From contig CAWHAA010000005.1 in NCBI GenBank assembly GCA_963827275.1, forward strand, positions 352,001 through 416,000: a DNA stretch of 64,000 nt, given 5' to 3'. Position numbers and translations under genes: made by a program. This DNA is from an uncultured Spirochaetota bacterium (GTDB taxonomy: Bacteria > Spirochaetota > UBA4802 > UBA5550). Below are positions 39,510 through 49,208 of the stretch, piece after piece. The notes under the pieces are model-generated. The model had not been told where the DNA came from and made no database searches. It saw only the letters and a list, made by a program, of their open reading frames with translations. Each line of letters starts with the position of its first letter. Within the stretch, counting starts at the first letter, position 1.

Positions 39510-40422
39510 CAGCCGCCTCGAGGCCGTGTATGATCTTCGTCATCGCGTCATTCCGCGGGCACGGCACGCCGAGTGACTCTCCCTCCCGCACGATCGCGCC
39601 GTTAATAAAGTCGATCTCCGTGGGGCGGCCGTTTTTGATGTCAGAATACATCGAGGAATAGTTGTCAGCGGTCAGCCTGCACACCTCCGCCACGCGCGAC
39701 ACGGGGTCGTCGCACATCAGGCGGTGTCCTTTTCTCCGCACGACCTCGCACCCTTCCTTGACGAGATCGGCCATGAGCAGGCGGGCATGCTCGATTTCAA
39801 GAATCCGCCCGTTGCGTACCGAGAGGATCGCGGTCAGGGGGTTGATCCCTGCGTTGACCAGCACCTTGCCCCAGATGAGTGACTGCGGATCGCCGGAGAG
39901 CTCCGCGTCCATCCCGGCGCTTCTCAGCATCGAAAGCAGCTCCTCGAGGAACCGGTCGCCGGGCCTTCCGTACTCAAGCGGGCCAAACGAGGTCTTTCCC
40001 GCTCCCGCATGCCGGACATGATTTACCGCGGCGAGGTTGGCGCCCTCGGACGTGATCCCGGCAATGACCGCGCATCGGGGGCAATTGCCGGCGATGAGCT
40101 CGGCGTTCCCCACCCCGTTCTGGAGTGTCAGGACCGGCCCGCGGTAGCCCGCCCGCGCCAGTCCGCGCGCCGCGCCTGCCGTGTGATACGCCTTCACGCA
40201 GAGGATCACAAGGTCAGTGTTCGCCGGGTCCTCAAGGCCCACGTTCACCGGCACGGTGTAGCGGAAGTCCGTCCCGGCGCCTTCCCAGCGCACCCCTTCC
40301 CGGTTCAGGAGCGCGGCCCTTTCGGGAAGCTCGTCCACAAGGGTGACCCGGGCCCCGGTTTTCTGGAGATATCCCGCGAGGAGCAGCCCGATGGCCCCGG
40401 GGCCAACAATAGCTATGTTCAT
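39496..40422 (-). CDS. panE: 2-dehydropantoate 2-reductase
   Basis: GPGAIG, CVKAY, LQNG, WGKVLVNAGINPLTA, SSMYSD..GRPTEID.ING. Confidence 0.9.
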   Translation of the reverse strand: MNIAIVGPGAIGLLLAGYLQKTGARVTLVDELPERAALLNREGVRWEGAGTDFRYTVPVNVGLEDPANTDLVILCVKAYHTAGAARGLARAGYRGPVLTLQNGVGNAELIAGNCPRCAVIAGITSEGANLAAVNHVRHAGAGKTSFGPLEYGRPGDRFLEELLSMLRSAGMDAELSGDPQSLIWGKVLVNAGINPLTAILSVRNGRILEIEHARLLMADLVKEGCEVVRRKGHRLMCDDPVSRVAEVCRLTADNYSSMYSDIKNGRPTEIDFINGAIVREGESLGVPCPRNDAMTKIIHGLEAAATAS

Positions 40423-41012
40423 TTCTCCACCTCCGCTGTCTCCGCAAGGAGCGCGTTCCTTCCGAATTCGTAGGCCCGTTTCATCTCCTCCGGCCGGTCA
40501 AGTATCGATCCTTTCCCCTCTGCCCTGAAAAACGCCCCGCCGCCGTATGACTTGTCCAGCGCGTCAAAAAAATATTTCACCGTCAACTCGCTCCCGCGAA
40601 ATTGCTCCGGGCCGCTCGCGGCGCCCACCATGACCAGATAGCCCCTTCCGCCGTCATGCCGCTTGCGCCCGGAGGGCGTCTTCAGCAGCATCCGCTTCCG
40701 CCACAGGGCCTGGGCACGGTCGATGAAGGCCTTCACCTGCGCGCTCAGCCCCAGGAAAAAAACCGGTGACGCGAGGATTATGACAGGTGAATCGACAAGC
40801 ATCGGGTATGAATCCTGCATGTCGTCCATCACCGTGCATTCGCCTGTTTCATCGCACCCGCCGCACTCAGTGCAGCCCGAGAAATCCATCTCCCGCACAT
40901 AGATGCGCGTGATCTCGCCGCCCGCAGATGCCGCGCCGTCGAGGACGCGGTCCAGGAGGATATCGCTGTTGCCGCCGCTGCGCGGGCTGCCGTATATGCC
41001 GAGCACCTTCAT
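40419..41012 (-). CDS. Iron-sulfur flavoprotein / flavodoxin family
   Basis: GSPRSGGNS, CTECGGC...C..DDM, ASPVF, KAFIDR. Confidence 0.85.
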   Translation of the reverse strand: MKVLGIYGSPRSGGNSDILLDRVLDGAASAGGEITRIYVREMDFSGCTECGGCDETGECTVMDDMQDSYPMLVDSPVIILASPVFFLGLSAQVKAFIDRAQALWRKRMLLKTPSGRKRHDGGRGYLVMVGAASGPEQFRGSELTVKYFFDALDKSYGGGAFFRAEGKGSILDRPEEMKRAYEFGRNALLAETAEVEK

Positions 41013-41020
41013 CACGTAAT

Positions 41021-41385
41021 TACCCCTGTCCCCCATGGGGGGCACGATTTAATCTATTGCTACTGATGATTAACTCACAAATTAATTATATGATGAATCA
41101 ACATTCATTTCAATCATTATCACCCCCCGTCGCCCGAAGTGGGCACGAGATAGTTTGATTTTTTCATTCAATACATTCAATAGCGCATCAGGTTGATCAT
41201 CTGTAAGATGCATTTCTTTTGAATTGAAGTGTTTATCATCAATAATATATTTGTTGGATTGAATGTTCATTTCAATCATTATTTACAAATTAAGCTTTTT
41301 TACATAACAATACCACAATCTCCTTCGTGCCCCCTTCGGGCGACAGGGGGTAAATAATTTTTCGTGCCCCCTTTAGTGGGGACAG
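41021..41385. repeat. REP/REPIN- or MITE-like element: four ~27-bp GC-rich copies (two direct, two inverted) around an AT-rich core
   Basis: Copies ending GGGCACGA at 41021-41047 and 41121-41148; inverted copies at 41325-41352 and 41362-41385; exact 17-bp direct repeat TTCATTTCAATCATTAT at 41104 and 41266. Confidence 0.75.
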
Positions 41386-41400
41386 CCAGCAAATTTTCTC

Positions 41401-41429
41401 TTGACATATATTGATTATTTTAGTATTAT
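41401..41429 (+). promoter_or_regulatory. Sigma70-like promoter of the Rrf2 gene
   Basis: TTGACA-17bp-TATTAT. Confidence 0.65.
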
Positions 41430-41460
41430 AGTACCAATATACCATTTTACAGGTAACGCT

Positions 41461-41883
41461 ATGTCAACCGGAATACCAATATCAGACGCCGCGTCCATGG
41501 CAATGCACTCCATGGCGTATATCGCATCCCGACACGAGCCGTCAAGCGTTCACGACATCTCAGAGCGCCTCGGTGTCTCGGAATTTCATCTTTCAAAGGT
41601 GCTCCAGCGCCTGTCAAAGCGGGGCCTGGTGAGATCAAACCGCGGTCCGAAGGGCGGTTTTACGCTTTACTCTGACCCCGATTCCATTACTCTCATGGAC
41701 GTGTATGAGGCGATCGACGGGCCTCTGAACAGCCATGCCTGCCTCATGAGGAGCAAAACGTGCGTTTCAAATACCTGCATCCTGGGCGATACCATGCAGG
41801 CCATGCAGGCCATGTTCAGGAAACGTCTCACCGGCACCCGCATATCCGATATCACCGATAGTTATCGGTCGGAGGCGTCATAG
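41461..41883 (+). CDS. Rrf2-family transcriptional regulator (3 Cys, probably Fe-S binding)
   Basis: HLSKVLQRL...V.S.RGPKGGF, ITL.DVYEAIDG, CLM...C...C. Confidence 0.9.
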   Translation: MSTGIPISDAASMAMHSMAYIASRHEPSSVHDISERLGVSEFHLSKVLQRLSKRGLVRSNRGPKGGFTLYSDPDSITLMDVYEAIDGPLNSHACLMRSKTCVSNTCILGDTMQAMQAMFRKRLTGTRISDITDSYRSEAS

Positions 41884-42464
41884 TGGACAGGATGATGTGC
41901 CCCGGGCAGGACACGCGCTACTGGCGGCCCGATGATATATTCAATGTCCCCTGCGCATCGTGCGGCGCAGCCATCGAGTTTTTCAAGGATGACGCCGCCC
42001 GGCGCTGTCCCCGGTGCGGCACGCGGGTGCGGAACCCCCGTCTCTCCACGGGATGCGCGCAGTGGTGCCGGCACGCAAAGGAATGCCTCGGCTACGACCC
42101 TGCCATTGCCGCAGAAGAGGGCCCGGTGGCCGTCCAATCCGTCGAAGGCGACATCATTGATGCGATGAAGAACGAGTGCGGCGAAGTGCTCGGGCGCGCG
42201 CGTGCCGCCTGCCGGAACGCGCGGACACTCATGGAAAGGAACCCGGCGGACCCCGGGAGGGTGATCCCTGCCGTTTTGCTCCTTTTCGCGGACAGCCCGG
42301 ACGGCCGCGCCGAACGTATCATGAGGGAGGCCCGCGTCGAACGCGGCGCTATCGAGGACGCATGCGCCATCATCCGGGCCTATCACTCCGGCGCCATCAT
42401 CGACTCACCGGAATTCAGGATTGTCGCCGGATCATATGACGGCCCGGACGTGGACAGGGCCTGA
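41883..42464 (+). CDS. Cys-rich zinc-ribbon protein with degenerate HD-hydrolase-like tail
   Basis: CPGQD, CASCG..IEFFKDD..RRCPRCG, GCAQWC..AKECLG; HD residues not evident. Confidence 0.6.
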   Translation: MDRMMCPGQDTRYWRPDDIFNVPCASCGAAIEFFKDDAARRCPRCGTRVRNPRLSTGCAQWCRHAKECLGYDPAIAAEEGPVAVQSVEGDIIDAMKNECGEVLGRARAACRNARTLMERNPADPGRVIPAVLLLFADSPDGRAERIMREARVERGAIEDACAIIRAYHSGAIIDSPEFRIVAGSYDGPDVDRA

Positions 42465-42479
42465 TACCCAGGGGCCCGC

Positions 42480-43286
42480 TTAAAACGCCATCCCCACGGC
42501 AAGGCCGCCCGGACAGGTCGTCAGGTACCAGCGGTCCTCATACCCGTCGCCATACGCGGCGCCCGTCTCTCCGTAATAACGCCGGCGGTACTCCTGCCAG
42601 TCCTTTATCGCGCGTGTCGGCTGTGTCCATACCGTTGCTTCAAACACCGCGAAGCCGGTAAAAAAGCTGATGATGGCGTCCTTCCACGGGTCCTTGCCCT
42701 TCTGGCACTGCCAGATGATAATGCTTCCCGCCGCGTTCACGCCGATGCCCATCAGGTGCTTCCACCAGGCCCTGCCCATTGTTTCTTTCTTTGCGCATTT
42801 TTCGAGTATGCGCTCCGCCTCGCTGAGCTTTCTGGCTATCTCCTCGTCACTCCCCGCGGGCATCTCCGCGAGCCTGCCCGCCGCATAGGCCGGCGTGAAG
42901 GGCATTACAAGCAGCAGGCCGAGAGAAAGCGCGCTCTTTGTCGCGCCTACCGTATAATTGACCCACTGTTCCTTTTTCGGGAATGTCGTCTTGCTCGCCA
43001 TGTTAAAATCATCCTTGATGCGGTCAAGCCTGCTGAAATCTTCATTGTGGTTCCAGGCGACCCCCGCAAGGGCATATTGGCCCGCGGAAAGCGCCGCGTA
43101 CCCGGCGATCCAGAGTCCCCACCATATCTGCGCGTTTTTCTCTCCTTCCAGAAGGGATTTCTGGACGAACTCGATCTTTTCCTTGGCCCTGGCTCCCTGT
43201 GCGCCCTGGGCCTTCTGCGCGGCGAGCGGCGCCGCACACAGGGCTACCGCCACCATTATCGAACATACTGCCGTTCCGTGTTTCAT
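42480..43286 (-). CDS. Hypothetical exported/membrane protein
   Basis: AAGGAG RBS, signal peptide (PLAA), several hydrophobic segments, C-terminal Phe. Confidence 0.6.
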   Translation of the reverse strand: MKHGTAVCSIMVAVALCAAPLAAQKAQGAQGARAKEKIEFVQKSLLEGEKNAQIWWGLWIAGYAALSAGQYALAGVAWNHNEDFSRLDRIKDDFNMASKTTFPKKEQWVNYTVGATKSALSLGLLLVMPFTPAYAAGRLAEMPAGSDEEIARKLSEAERILEKCAKKETMGRAWWKHLMGIGVNAAGSIIIWQCQKGKDPWKDAIISFFTGFAVFEATVWTQPTRAIKDWQEYRRRYYGETGAAYGDGYEDRWYLTTCPGGLAVGMAF

Positions 43287-43618
43287 ACTTGTATTGCTCC
43301 TTGTTGGTTTGTACCGCCCGACGCACTTGCAACACCGCGTCGGCCCCCGGTTGATTGTACGACTATCCGGCCCTGCCACCAGGGCATGGCAGGAAACGAC
43401 CATGAACATTGTGCATTAGATTGGCTAAAAAGGAATGGCAACATTAATATCCGATAACGGATATTGCGTCAAATCAAAAACAATTGCAAATTGTATTTGC
43501 CGATCACAACCCTCGCCCATCCGCAGAAACAGACCGGGACGGCAGTGTCACCGTCCCGGTATCCAGAATGCATTTTCGCGGCCACAGCCCCGGCGCCCCG
43601 GGGAGCCGCCCGGCCCCG

Positions 43619-44656
43619 TTATCCGATCATCTTTTTAACGTCGAGGTAATCCTTTACAAGCTGCTCGAGGTATTTTATCTTCTCTCCGCCGTCGTGGGTA
43701 AGCAGGGCCTCAAAATTGTCCATCTGGCGCGCGACCTCGTAGGTGTCATAGGGCACCAGCAGGAGCGGGATCTTCTTCTCGGAGGCCTTGCTGATAATAT
43801 TCGGCGGCGGCACGATATTGTTCGTCAGGATAACGCCGACCGTGTCGCTTTCAAGCGCCGCGATGATCATGTCGCTCCGGTCGCCGCTTGTAATGAGGAG
43901 CTTGTTCTCCTTGTTGAATATAGGGTTCCTGAGCGACTCGTCAGTCGACATGGCGCCCACGAAGATATGCCGCACCACGTTGTCCAGTCCTTCTTCGCCC
44001 GCAATCACCCGGGCCAGGAAACGGTCCGCGAGGGAGCTTACCGTGAAGTTCGTCAGCTGTGTCTTGTACGGGATTATCCCGAGTACGGGCACCTTCATTT
44101 CGTCGATTGCCGGCAGGAAGCTGTTCTTGAAGTCATCGACGTCCTGCACCTTGTTCACGATGATCCCGCCGAAGTCTATCTTCGACAGATCGATCGATTG
44201 ATGGAGAAAGCGCACATCGTCGGAAACGCGGTCGCCGTCCCCGCTGACGACCACCACGAGGCGCGCCGAGAGGTAGCGCGCCATTGACAGTGAATCGAGG
44301 TGCACCGACGCACCCCATGCAAGGTCGCGCCCGCCCTCGATGAACAGCACGTCGCGCCCGGTGCCGACCGCTTCGGACATGTTCGCGAGCATGCCCTTTA
44401 TCCCCTGCTCGTCGTATTTATACCGCAGCTTGGAATGCGTGAAGCCCAGGGAGATGCTGTCCGGCTCGGCGTCGATACCAAGCACTTTCAGGAGCACCAT
44501 CGCGTCATGGTCCACGTTTTTCTTCCGCTTGTATACCAGGCGGTCGCCGAGCGGCTTAATATATCCGTATTTTTTCTGCACCGCCGCTGAAACGCCGGCG
44601 ATAATGCTCGTCTTGCCCGCACCCTCGCGCGTCGATGCAATCAGTATCTTCTTCAT
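43619..44656 (-). CDS. BioD-like/DRTGG protein (phosphotransacetylase N-terminal-like, no catalytic PTA domain)
   Basis: STREGAGKT, GYIKP, IEGG, VGAM, ITSGDRSD. Confidence 0.85.
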   Translation of the reverse strand: MKKILIASTREGAGKTSIIAGVSAAVQKKYGYIKPLGDRLVYKRKKNVDHDAMVLLKVLGIDAEPDSISLGFTHSKLRYKYDEQGIKGMLANMSEAVGTGRDVLFIEGGRDLAWGASVHLDSLSMARYLSARLVVVVSGDGDRVSDDVRFLHQSIDLSKIDFGGIIVNKVQDVDDFKNSFLPAIDEMKVPVLGIIPYKTQLTNFTVSSLADRFLARVIAGEEGLDNVVRHIFVGAMSTDESLRNPIFNKENKLLITSGDRSDMIIAALESDTVGVILTNNIVPPPNIISKASEKKIPLLLVPYDTYEVARQMDNFEALLTHDGGEKIKYLEQLVKDYLDVKKMIG

Positions 44657-44666
44657 TTTTGCCTCC

Positions 44667-46781
44667 TCAGCCTGTGATTAATATGCGGCTGTCAACCGCC
44701 TTGTGTCCCCGCTTCTGCTCATACACGACCACGGGGTTGATTTCGATGTCAGTGATCCTCGGGCATTTCCTGATGATGGTGCCCACCTTGATGAGCGCAT
44801 CTATCAGCCCCTCGATGTCTTTCCGCGGCTCACCGCGCACGCCCAGGAGCAGAGGGAACGACCTGAGTTCCTTCAGCATTTTCATCGCCTCGGCCTTGTT
44901 GAAGGGATATCCCCTGAAGGCCACGTCCTTCATCACCTCGACATAGATCCCGCCGAATCCGCACATCACTATCGGCCCGAACGACGCGTCCCGCCGCGCC
45001 CCGACGATGATCTCCGTTCCCTTCTGCACCATCTCGCAGACCTCGATCCCGTCGATATGGGCGTCCGGCTTGTACGCCTGGCAGTTCTTGATGATCGCCT
45101 CATAGGCGTCCATCACCTCTTCCTTGTTGTCGATATCAAGCGCCACGCCGCCCGCGTCGCTCTTATGGAGGATGTCCTTCGACACGATCTTCATGACCAG
45201 GGGGTAGCCTATCTCTTCAGCGATCTGGACCGCCTGCTCGATCGAGTGCGCCACTTTCGTCTGTGGAATGCTCACCCCGGCGGCCCGCATCACCGCGGAG
45301 CCCTCGTTTGCGAGGAGGAACGAACGCCTGTCCGCCAGCGCGCCGTCGACGATGCGGTTGATTGCCGCGATATCGATGTCGGCATCCTCGGCGGCGCCGG
45401 TCTTTTCGGTCTTCGACCGCTCGGACCGGTAGAGCATGCCGAGGCAGGAGACCGCCTGGTACACGTCGCCGTAGACCGGCACGTTGTCGTGCCTCAATCG
45501 TATGATTGCGTCCTCGACCGCCGTGCCGCCCACAATGGCGTAGCAGACGGGCTTGCCCGCGTCCAGATGTTTTTTATGGGTCGCCTTTATCATCGGCACC
45601 AGGTCGGCCGACTCGAAGGTCGCCGTTTCGCAGTAGAGCGCGATAGTGGCGTCGATGCCCGGGTTCGCCGTTGGGACCGACAGGGCAAGATCATAGTCTT
45701 GTGCCTTGGCGCCGCCGGTCAGGTCCACCGGGTTCTTTGTTGAGCCGAAGGAAGGGACCACGGACTCGAAGGCGCGCTTCAGCTCGGCCTGGTCGTCATA
45801 GAGGTCAATGGCGTAGCGCTCGCACGCGTCCGTGGCCATGACACCCACGCCCCCGCCGTTGGTGATGATCACGCTCTTGTTTCCCTTCGGCTTCGGCGAA
45901 AAGGCGAGGAACTTGCACCAGTTGAAGGCCTCGTCGATGCTGTCGGCGCGGATGACGCCGCACTGCTTCATGATGGCGTCGAAGATGTTGTCCGAGCCGG
46001 CAAGCGAGCCGGTATGCGAGGCAGCCGCCATCGCGCCCCGCTTGGACCGGCCCGATTTTATCACCACGACCGGTTTCGTGTCGGTCGTGCGCATGAGTGC
46101 GCTGATGAGACGTTCTCCGTTTTTCACGCCCTCGATGTACATCAGGATGACCCGGGTGTCGTCGTTTTTAATGAGGTACTCCAGCAGGTCCGCCTCGTCG
46201 ATATCGCACTTGTTGCCGATCGATACGATCGTCGAAAGCCCGATGTTCTCGACGGCGGTCTTGCCGATAAGGGCGATCCCCAGCGCGCCGCTCTGGGTAA
46301 GTATCGCCACGTGGCCCGGGAGCACCGTCCCCGCCGAGAACGTCGAATTCAGGCTCGCGGGTGCCGAATAGAGGCCGAATATGTTGGGCCCCAGCACGCG
46401 CATCCCGTGCTCGCGCGCCACGGCCACGATTTTTTTCTCCTCCTCCGTGTTCCCGGTCTCGGAGAACCCGGACGTGATTATCTGCATGAACTTCACGCCC
46501 TTCTTCGCGCACCTGGTCACCGCATCGAGCACAAATTTAGCAGGGATGACGACCGACGCAACGTCGATATCGCCCTCGATATCCTCGATGTTTTTATACA
46601 CCCTGTTCCCGAGGATCTCTCCTCCCTGCGGATTGATCGGGTACACCTTCCCGGCATATCCTCCGGAAACGATATTGTTCATGATTTTGTAACCGATCTT
46701 ATCCGTATCGTGCGAAGCGCCGATGACCGCAAAACTTTTTGGTTCAAAAAGTGTCCTGATGTCGCTGCTATTTTTTGTCAT
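44667..46781 (-). CDS. ADP-forming acetate/acyl-CoA ligase, fused alpha-beta
   Basis: FEPKS.AVIGAS, GPN.FG, QSGA, GNKCD, ASHTGSLAG, TNGGG.G, NPVD, HKSDAGGV, EINP. Confidence 0.9.
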   Translation of the reverse strand: MTKNSSDIRTLFEPKSFAVIGASHDTDKIGYKIMNNIVSGGYAGKVYPINPQGGEILGNRVYKNIEDIEGDIDVASVVIPAKFVLDAVTRCAKKGVKFMQIITSGFSETGNTEEEKKIVAVAREHGMRVLGPNIFGLYSAPASLNSTFSAGTVLPGHVAILTQSGALGIALIGKTAVENIGLSTIVSIGNKCDIDEADLLEYLIKNDDTRVILMYIEGVKNGERLISALMRTTDTKPVVVIKSGRSKRGAMAAASHTGSLAGSDNIFDAIMKQCGVIRADSIDEAFNWCKFLAFSPKPKGNKSVIITNGGGVGVMATDACERYAIDLYDDQAELKRAFESVVPSFGSTKNPVDLTGGAKAQDYDLALSVPTANPGIDATIALYCETATFESADLVPMIKATHKKHLDAGKPVCYAIVGGTAVEDAIIRLRHDNVPVYGDVYQAVSCLGMLYRSERSKTEKTGAAEDADIDIAAINRIVDGALADRRSFLLANEGSAVMRAAGVSIPQTKVAHSIEQAVQIAEEIGYPLVMKIVSKDILHKSDAGGVALDIDNKEEVMDAYEAIIKNCQAYKPDAHIDGIEVCEMVQKGTEIIVGARRDASFGPIVMCGFGGIYVEVMKDVAFRGYPFNKAEAMKMLKELRSFPLLLGVRGEPRKDIEGLIDALIKVGTIIRKCPRITDIEINPVVVYEQKRGHKAVDSRILITG

Positions 46782-48663
46782 TGCCCGCACCAAATGTTAT
46801 AGTATATTCATATACGCCATCCTCCACCTTTTTGTCGACACGGTAACCCATCTTGTCAAACATGTGGAGCATCGGCTTATTATCCCCGAGCACGTCCGCC
46901 GTAAAACCCTGGAGCCCCTCGTTTTTCGCAAGGACGGTAATGTAGTCAAGGAGCTCCGTCCCGATTCCCTTGCCCTGGTATTCGTCCCGTACCGCGAAGG
47001 CTATGTCGGCGAAGTTCTTGTCCTCCCATTTCACGTACTGCCCGATTCCAACGACAATCTCGATGTCGTTTTTGTTCGTGCATGCCAGTATCACGATCTC
47101 TTTCGTGTAGTCTATGACCACGAACTTCTGGCGCATCTTGTGCGGAATGTCCTTCCGCACCGTCATAAAGCGGCGCTGGAGGCTCTGGTCCGACAGCGAA
47201 TAGAAAAAGTCCTTTATGAGGTCCTCGTCGCTGATGCGCACCGGCCGCAGGAACAGCTTGAAGCCGCTCCGGGTGCGGCGGTGCGTCTCAAGCCGCTCCG
47301 GGTAAACCCCCTTGTCGCCGGGGATGAACGCCTGGTCGCGGTATATGAGGTTGAGGCGCTTTGCCTCCTCGATCAGCCAGGGCCGGAAATTGGGATGCGC
47401 GATGCCGATCAGGTCCATCGCCCTCTCCCGTATGTTCTTGCCGTGGATGTAACAGATGCCGTACTCGGTGACGATATAATGTATATCGCCCCGGTTCAGG
47501 GTAACGCCGGCGCCGGTCTCTAAAAATGGCACGATGCGCGACACCTCCCCGTTCCTTGCGGTAGACTGCACCACCAGGATGCTTTTCCCTCCCTTTGACA
47601 GCACCGCCCCGCGCATGAAGTCCGCGCTCCCCCCGATGCCGCTGTAGAAGGTGCTTCCGATCGATTCCGCGGTCGACTGCCCGGTGAGGTCCACCTGGAG
47701 GGCGCTGTTGATGGCGGTCATGTTGTCAATGCTCGCGATGACCATCGGGTTGTTGGTATAATCTATCGAACGAAAATCGATGAGCGGGTTGTCGTTTATG
47801 TACTGGTAGGTGGGCTGCGATCCCATGCAGAACGAGGCCACCGTCTTGCCCCGGTTTACATTTTTCCGCGTATTGTCTATCGCACCGCTTTTTATCAGGT
47901 CAACAATCGAATCAGTGAGAAGCTCGGAGTGCACTCCCAGGTGGCGCTTGTTCTTCAGGTTGTAGAGGATGGCGTTGGGGAGGCTCCCGTACCCGAGCTG
48001 TATCGTGTCGCCGTCATTGATGATCCGGGAAACATACTTCCCGATTTCCTGCCCCACATCGCCGGGAACCTCCGGTGTATACTCCAGGAGCGGCTCGTCG
48101 CGGTGCACGATGAAATCCATGTCCTTGATATTCACGAACGTATCCCCGTGCACGCGCGGCATCTTCGCGTTGATCTGGGCGATAATGACCGAGGCCTTCT
48201 CGATGGCCGCCCTGGATATGTCAACGCTGACGCCCAGGCTCATTAACCCGTTCTCGTCAGGCAGGGACGTCTGGATCAGGGCAACATCGATGCGGATCCG
48301 TCCGCTGTATATGAGGCCCGGCACGTTCGACAGGAAGATGGGGGTATAATCGGCGAGGCCGCTATTGACGGATTTTCTGGTATTATCGCCAACGAAAAAC
48401 GAGTTATGCCGGAAATTGTAATCGAACTGCTGGTCAGCGTACGGCGCCACGCCGAGGGACCACACGTGCATCACCTGGGTCTCGGCAAAAGCGCGGGGGT
48501 TCGACCCGAGATAGGTCGCGAGCGCCTGGACAAGGTACTGCGGCTCACCGCAGCCGGTGCTGATGAATATACGATCGCCGCGCTGGATGCTGCCGAAAAT
48601 ATCCTCTTCCGGGGCGAACTTCTTTGGATACTTTTTCTTCCATGTTTCAACCGGATTTGTCAA
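46768..48663 (-). CDS. Acetyl-CoA hydrolase/CoA-transferase with C-terminal GNAT domain
   Basis: GCGEP, QLGYG, HLGVHSE, NSALQVDLTGQ, SGIGGSADF, VTEYG; GNAT YQGKGIG, NKPM; TTG start after GGAGG chosen (ATG at 48687 is an alternative). Confidence 0.85.
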   Translation of the reverse strand: MTNPVETWKKKYPKKFAPEEDIFGSIQRGDRIFISTGCGEPQYLVQALATYLGSNPRAFAETQVMHVWSLGVAPYADQQFDYNFRHNSFFVGDNTRKSVNSGLADYTPIFLSNVPGLIYSGRIRIDVALIQTSLPDENGLMSLGVSVDISRAAIEKASVIIAQINAKMPRVHGDTFVNIKDMDFIVHRDEPLLEYTPEVPGDVGQEIGKYVSRIINDGDTIQLGYGSLPNAILYNLKNKRHLGVHSELLTDSIVDLIKSGAIDNTRKNVNRGKTVASFCMGSQPTYQYINDNPLIDFRSIDYTNNPMVIASIDNMTAINSALQVDLTGQSTAESIGSTFYSGIGGSADFMRGAVLSKGGKSILVVQSTARNGEVSRIVPFLETGAGVTLNRGDIHYIVTEYGICYIHGKNIRERAMDLIGIAHPNFRPWLIEEAKRLNLIYRDQAFIPGDKGVYPERLETHRRTRSGFKLFLRPVRISDEDLIKDFFYSLSDQSLQRRFMTVRKDIPHKMRQKFVVIDYTKEIVILACTNKNDIEIVVGIGQYVKWEDKNFADIAFAVRDEYQGKGIGTELLDYITVLAKNEGLQGFTADVLGDNKPMLHMFDKMGYRVDKKVEDGVYEYTITFGAGNDKK

Positions 48664-48729
48664 CCCGACGCCTCCTGTTACTTCCATCAATTATATCGCG
48701 GGATGGAATTTCGCCCGCGTCCTCCGCGT

Positions 48730-49107
48730 CTAGGGCCTGTCCATCTCCTGCTTGACCAGTTTCAGCATCTCGTCAATATCGTACGGTTTCTGGAGTGTCC
48801 CGTTGCAGCCGAGCTCATAGATATCTATGTTTGACGCCGTGAGCTTCCCGATGTCGCTCAGAAGATAGATGGGCACCTTTTTGTCCATCTCCCTGATTTC
48901 GCGCACCAGCCTGAAGCCCGAGTCGATCTTCTCCATCATGATATCGCAGATGATCAAGCCCGGCTTCTTTTCCCTGAAAAGCCTGACGCCCTCGGCTCCG
49001 CTATCCGCCGCAGCGACCTGGTATCCGACCGATTCAAGCATTGTCTTTAGCGATGACAGGAAATCCGGATCATCATCGATTATCAGAATAATTTTCCTGT
49101 TACGCAT
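48730..49107 (-). CDS. Stand-alone response regulator receiver
   Basis: IIDDD, ICDIMMEKIDSG, QKP. Confidence 0.88.
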   Translation of the reverse strand: MRNRKIILIIDDDPDFLSSLKTMLESVGYQVAAADSGAEGVRLFREKKPGLIICDIMMEKIDSGFRLVREIREMDKKVPIYLLSDIGKLTASNIDIYELGCNGTLQKPYDIDEMLKLVKQEMDRP

Positions 49108-49208
49108 CAACCCCCTCCTTGATGTCCACCGTCATTGCCGGCAATCCTCGGCGAATCGCCCTCCTGATTACAATTAACGGCATGGTTGAATCCATTTCAA
49201 ATTTTAAT

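Noticed and set aside
41021..41385. Possible CRISPR mini-array
   Set aside because: Copies are degenerate, in opposite orientations and unevenly spaced
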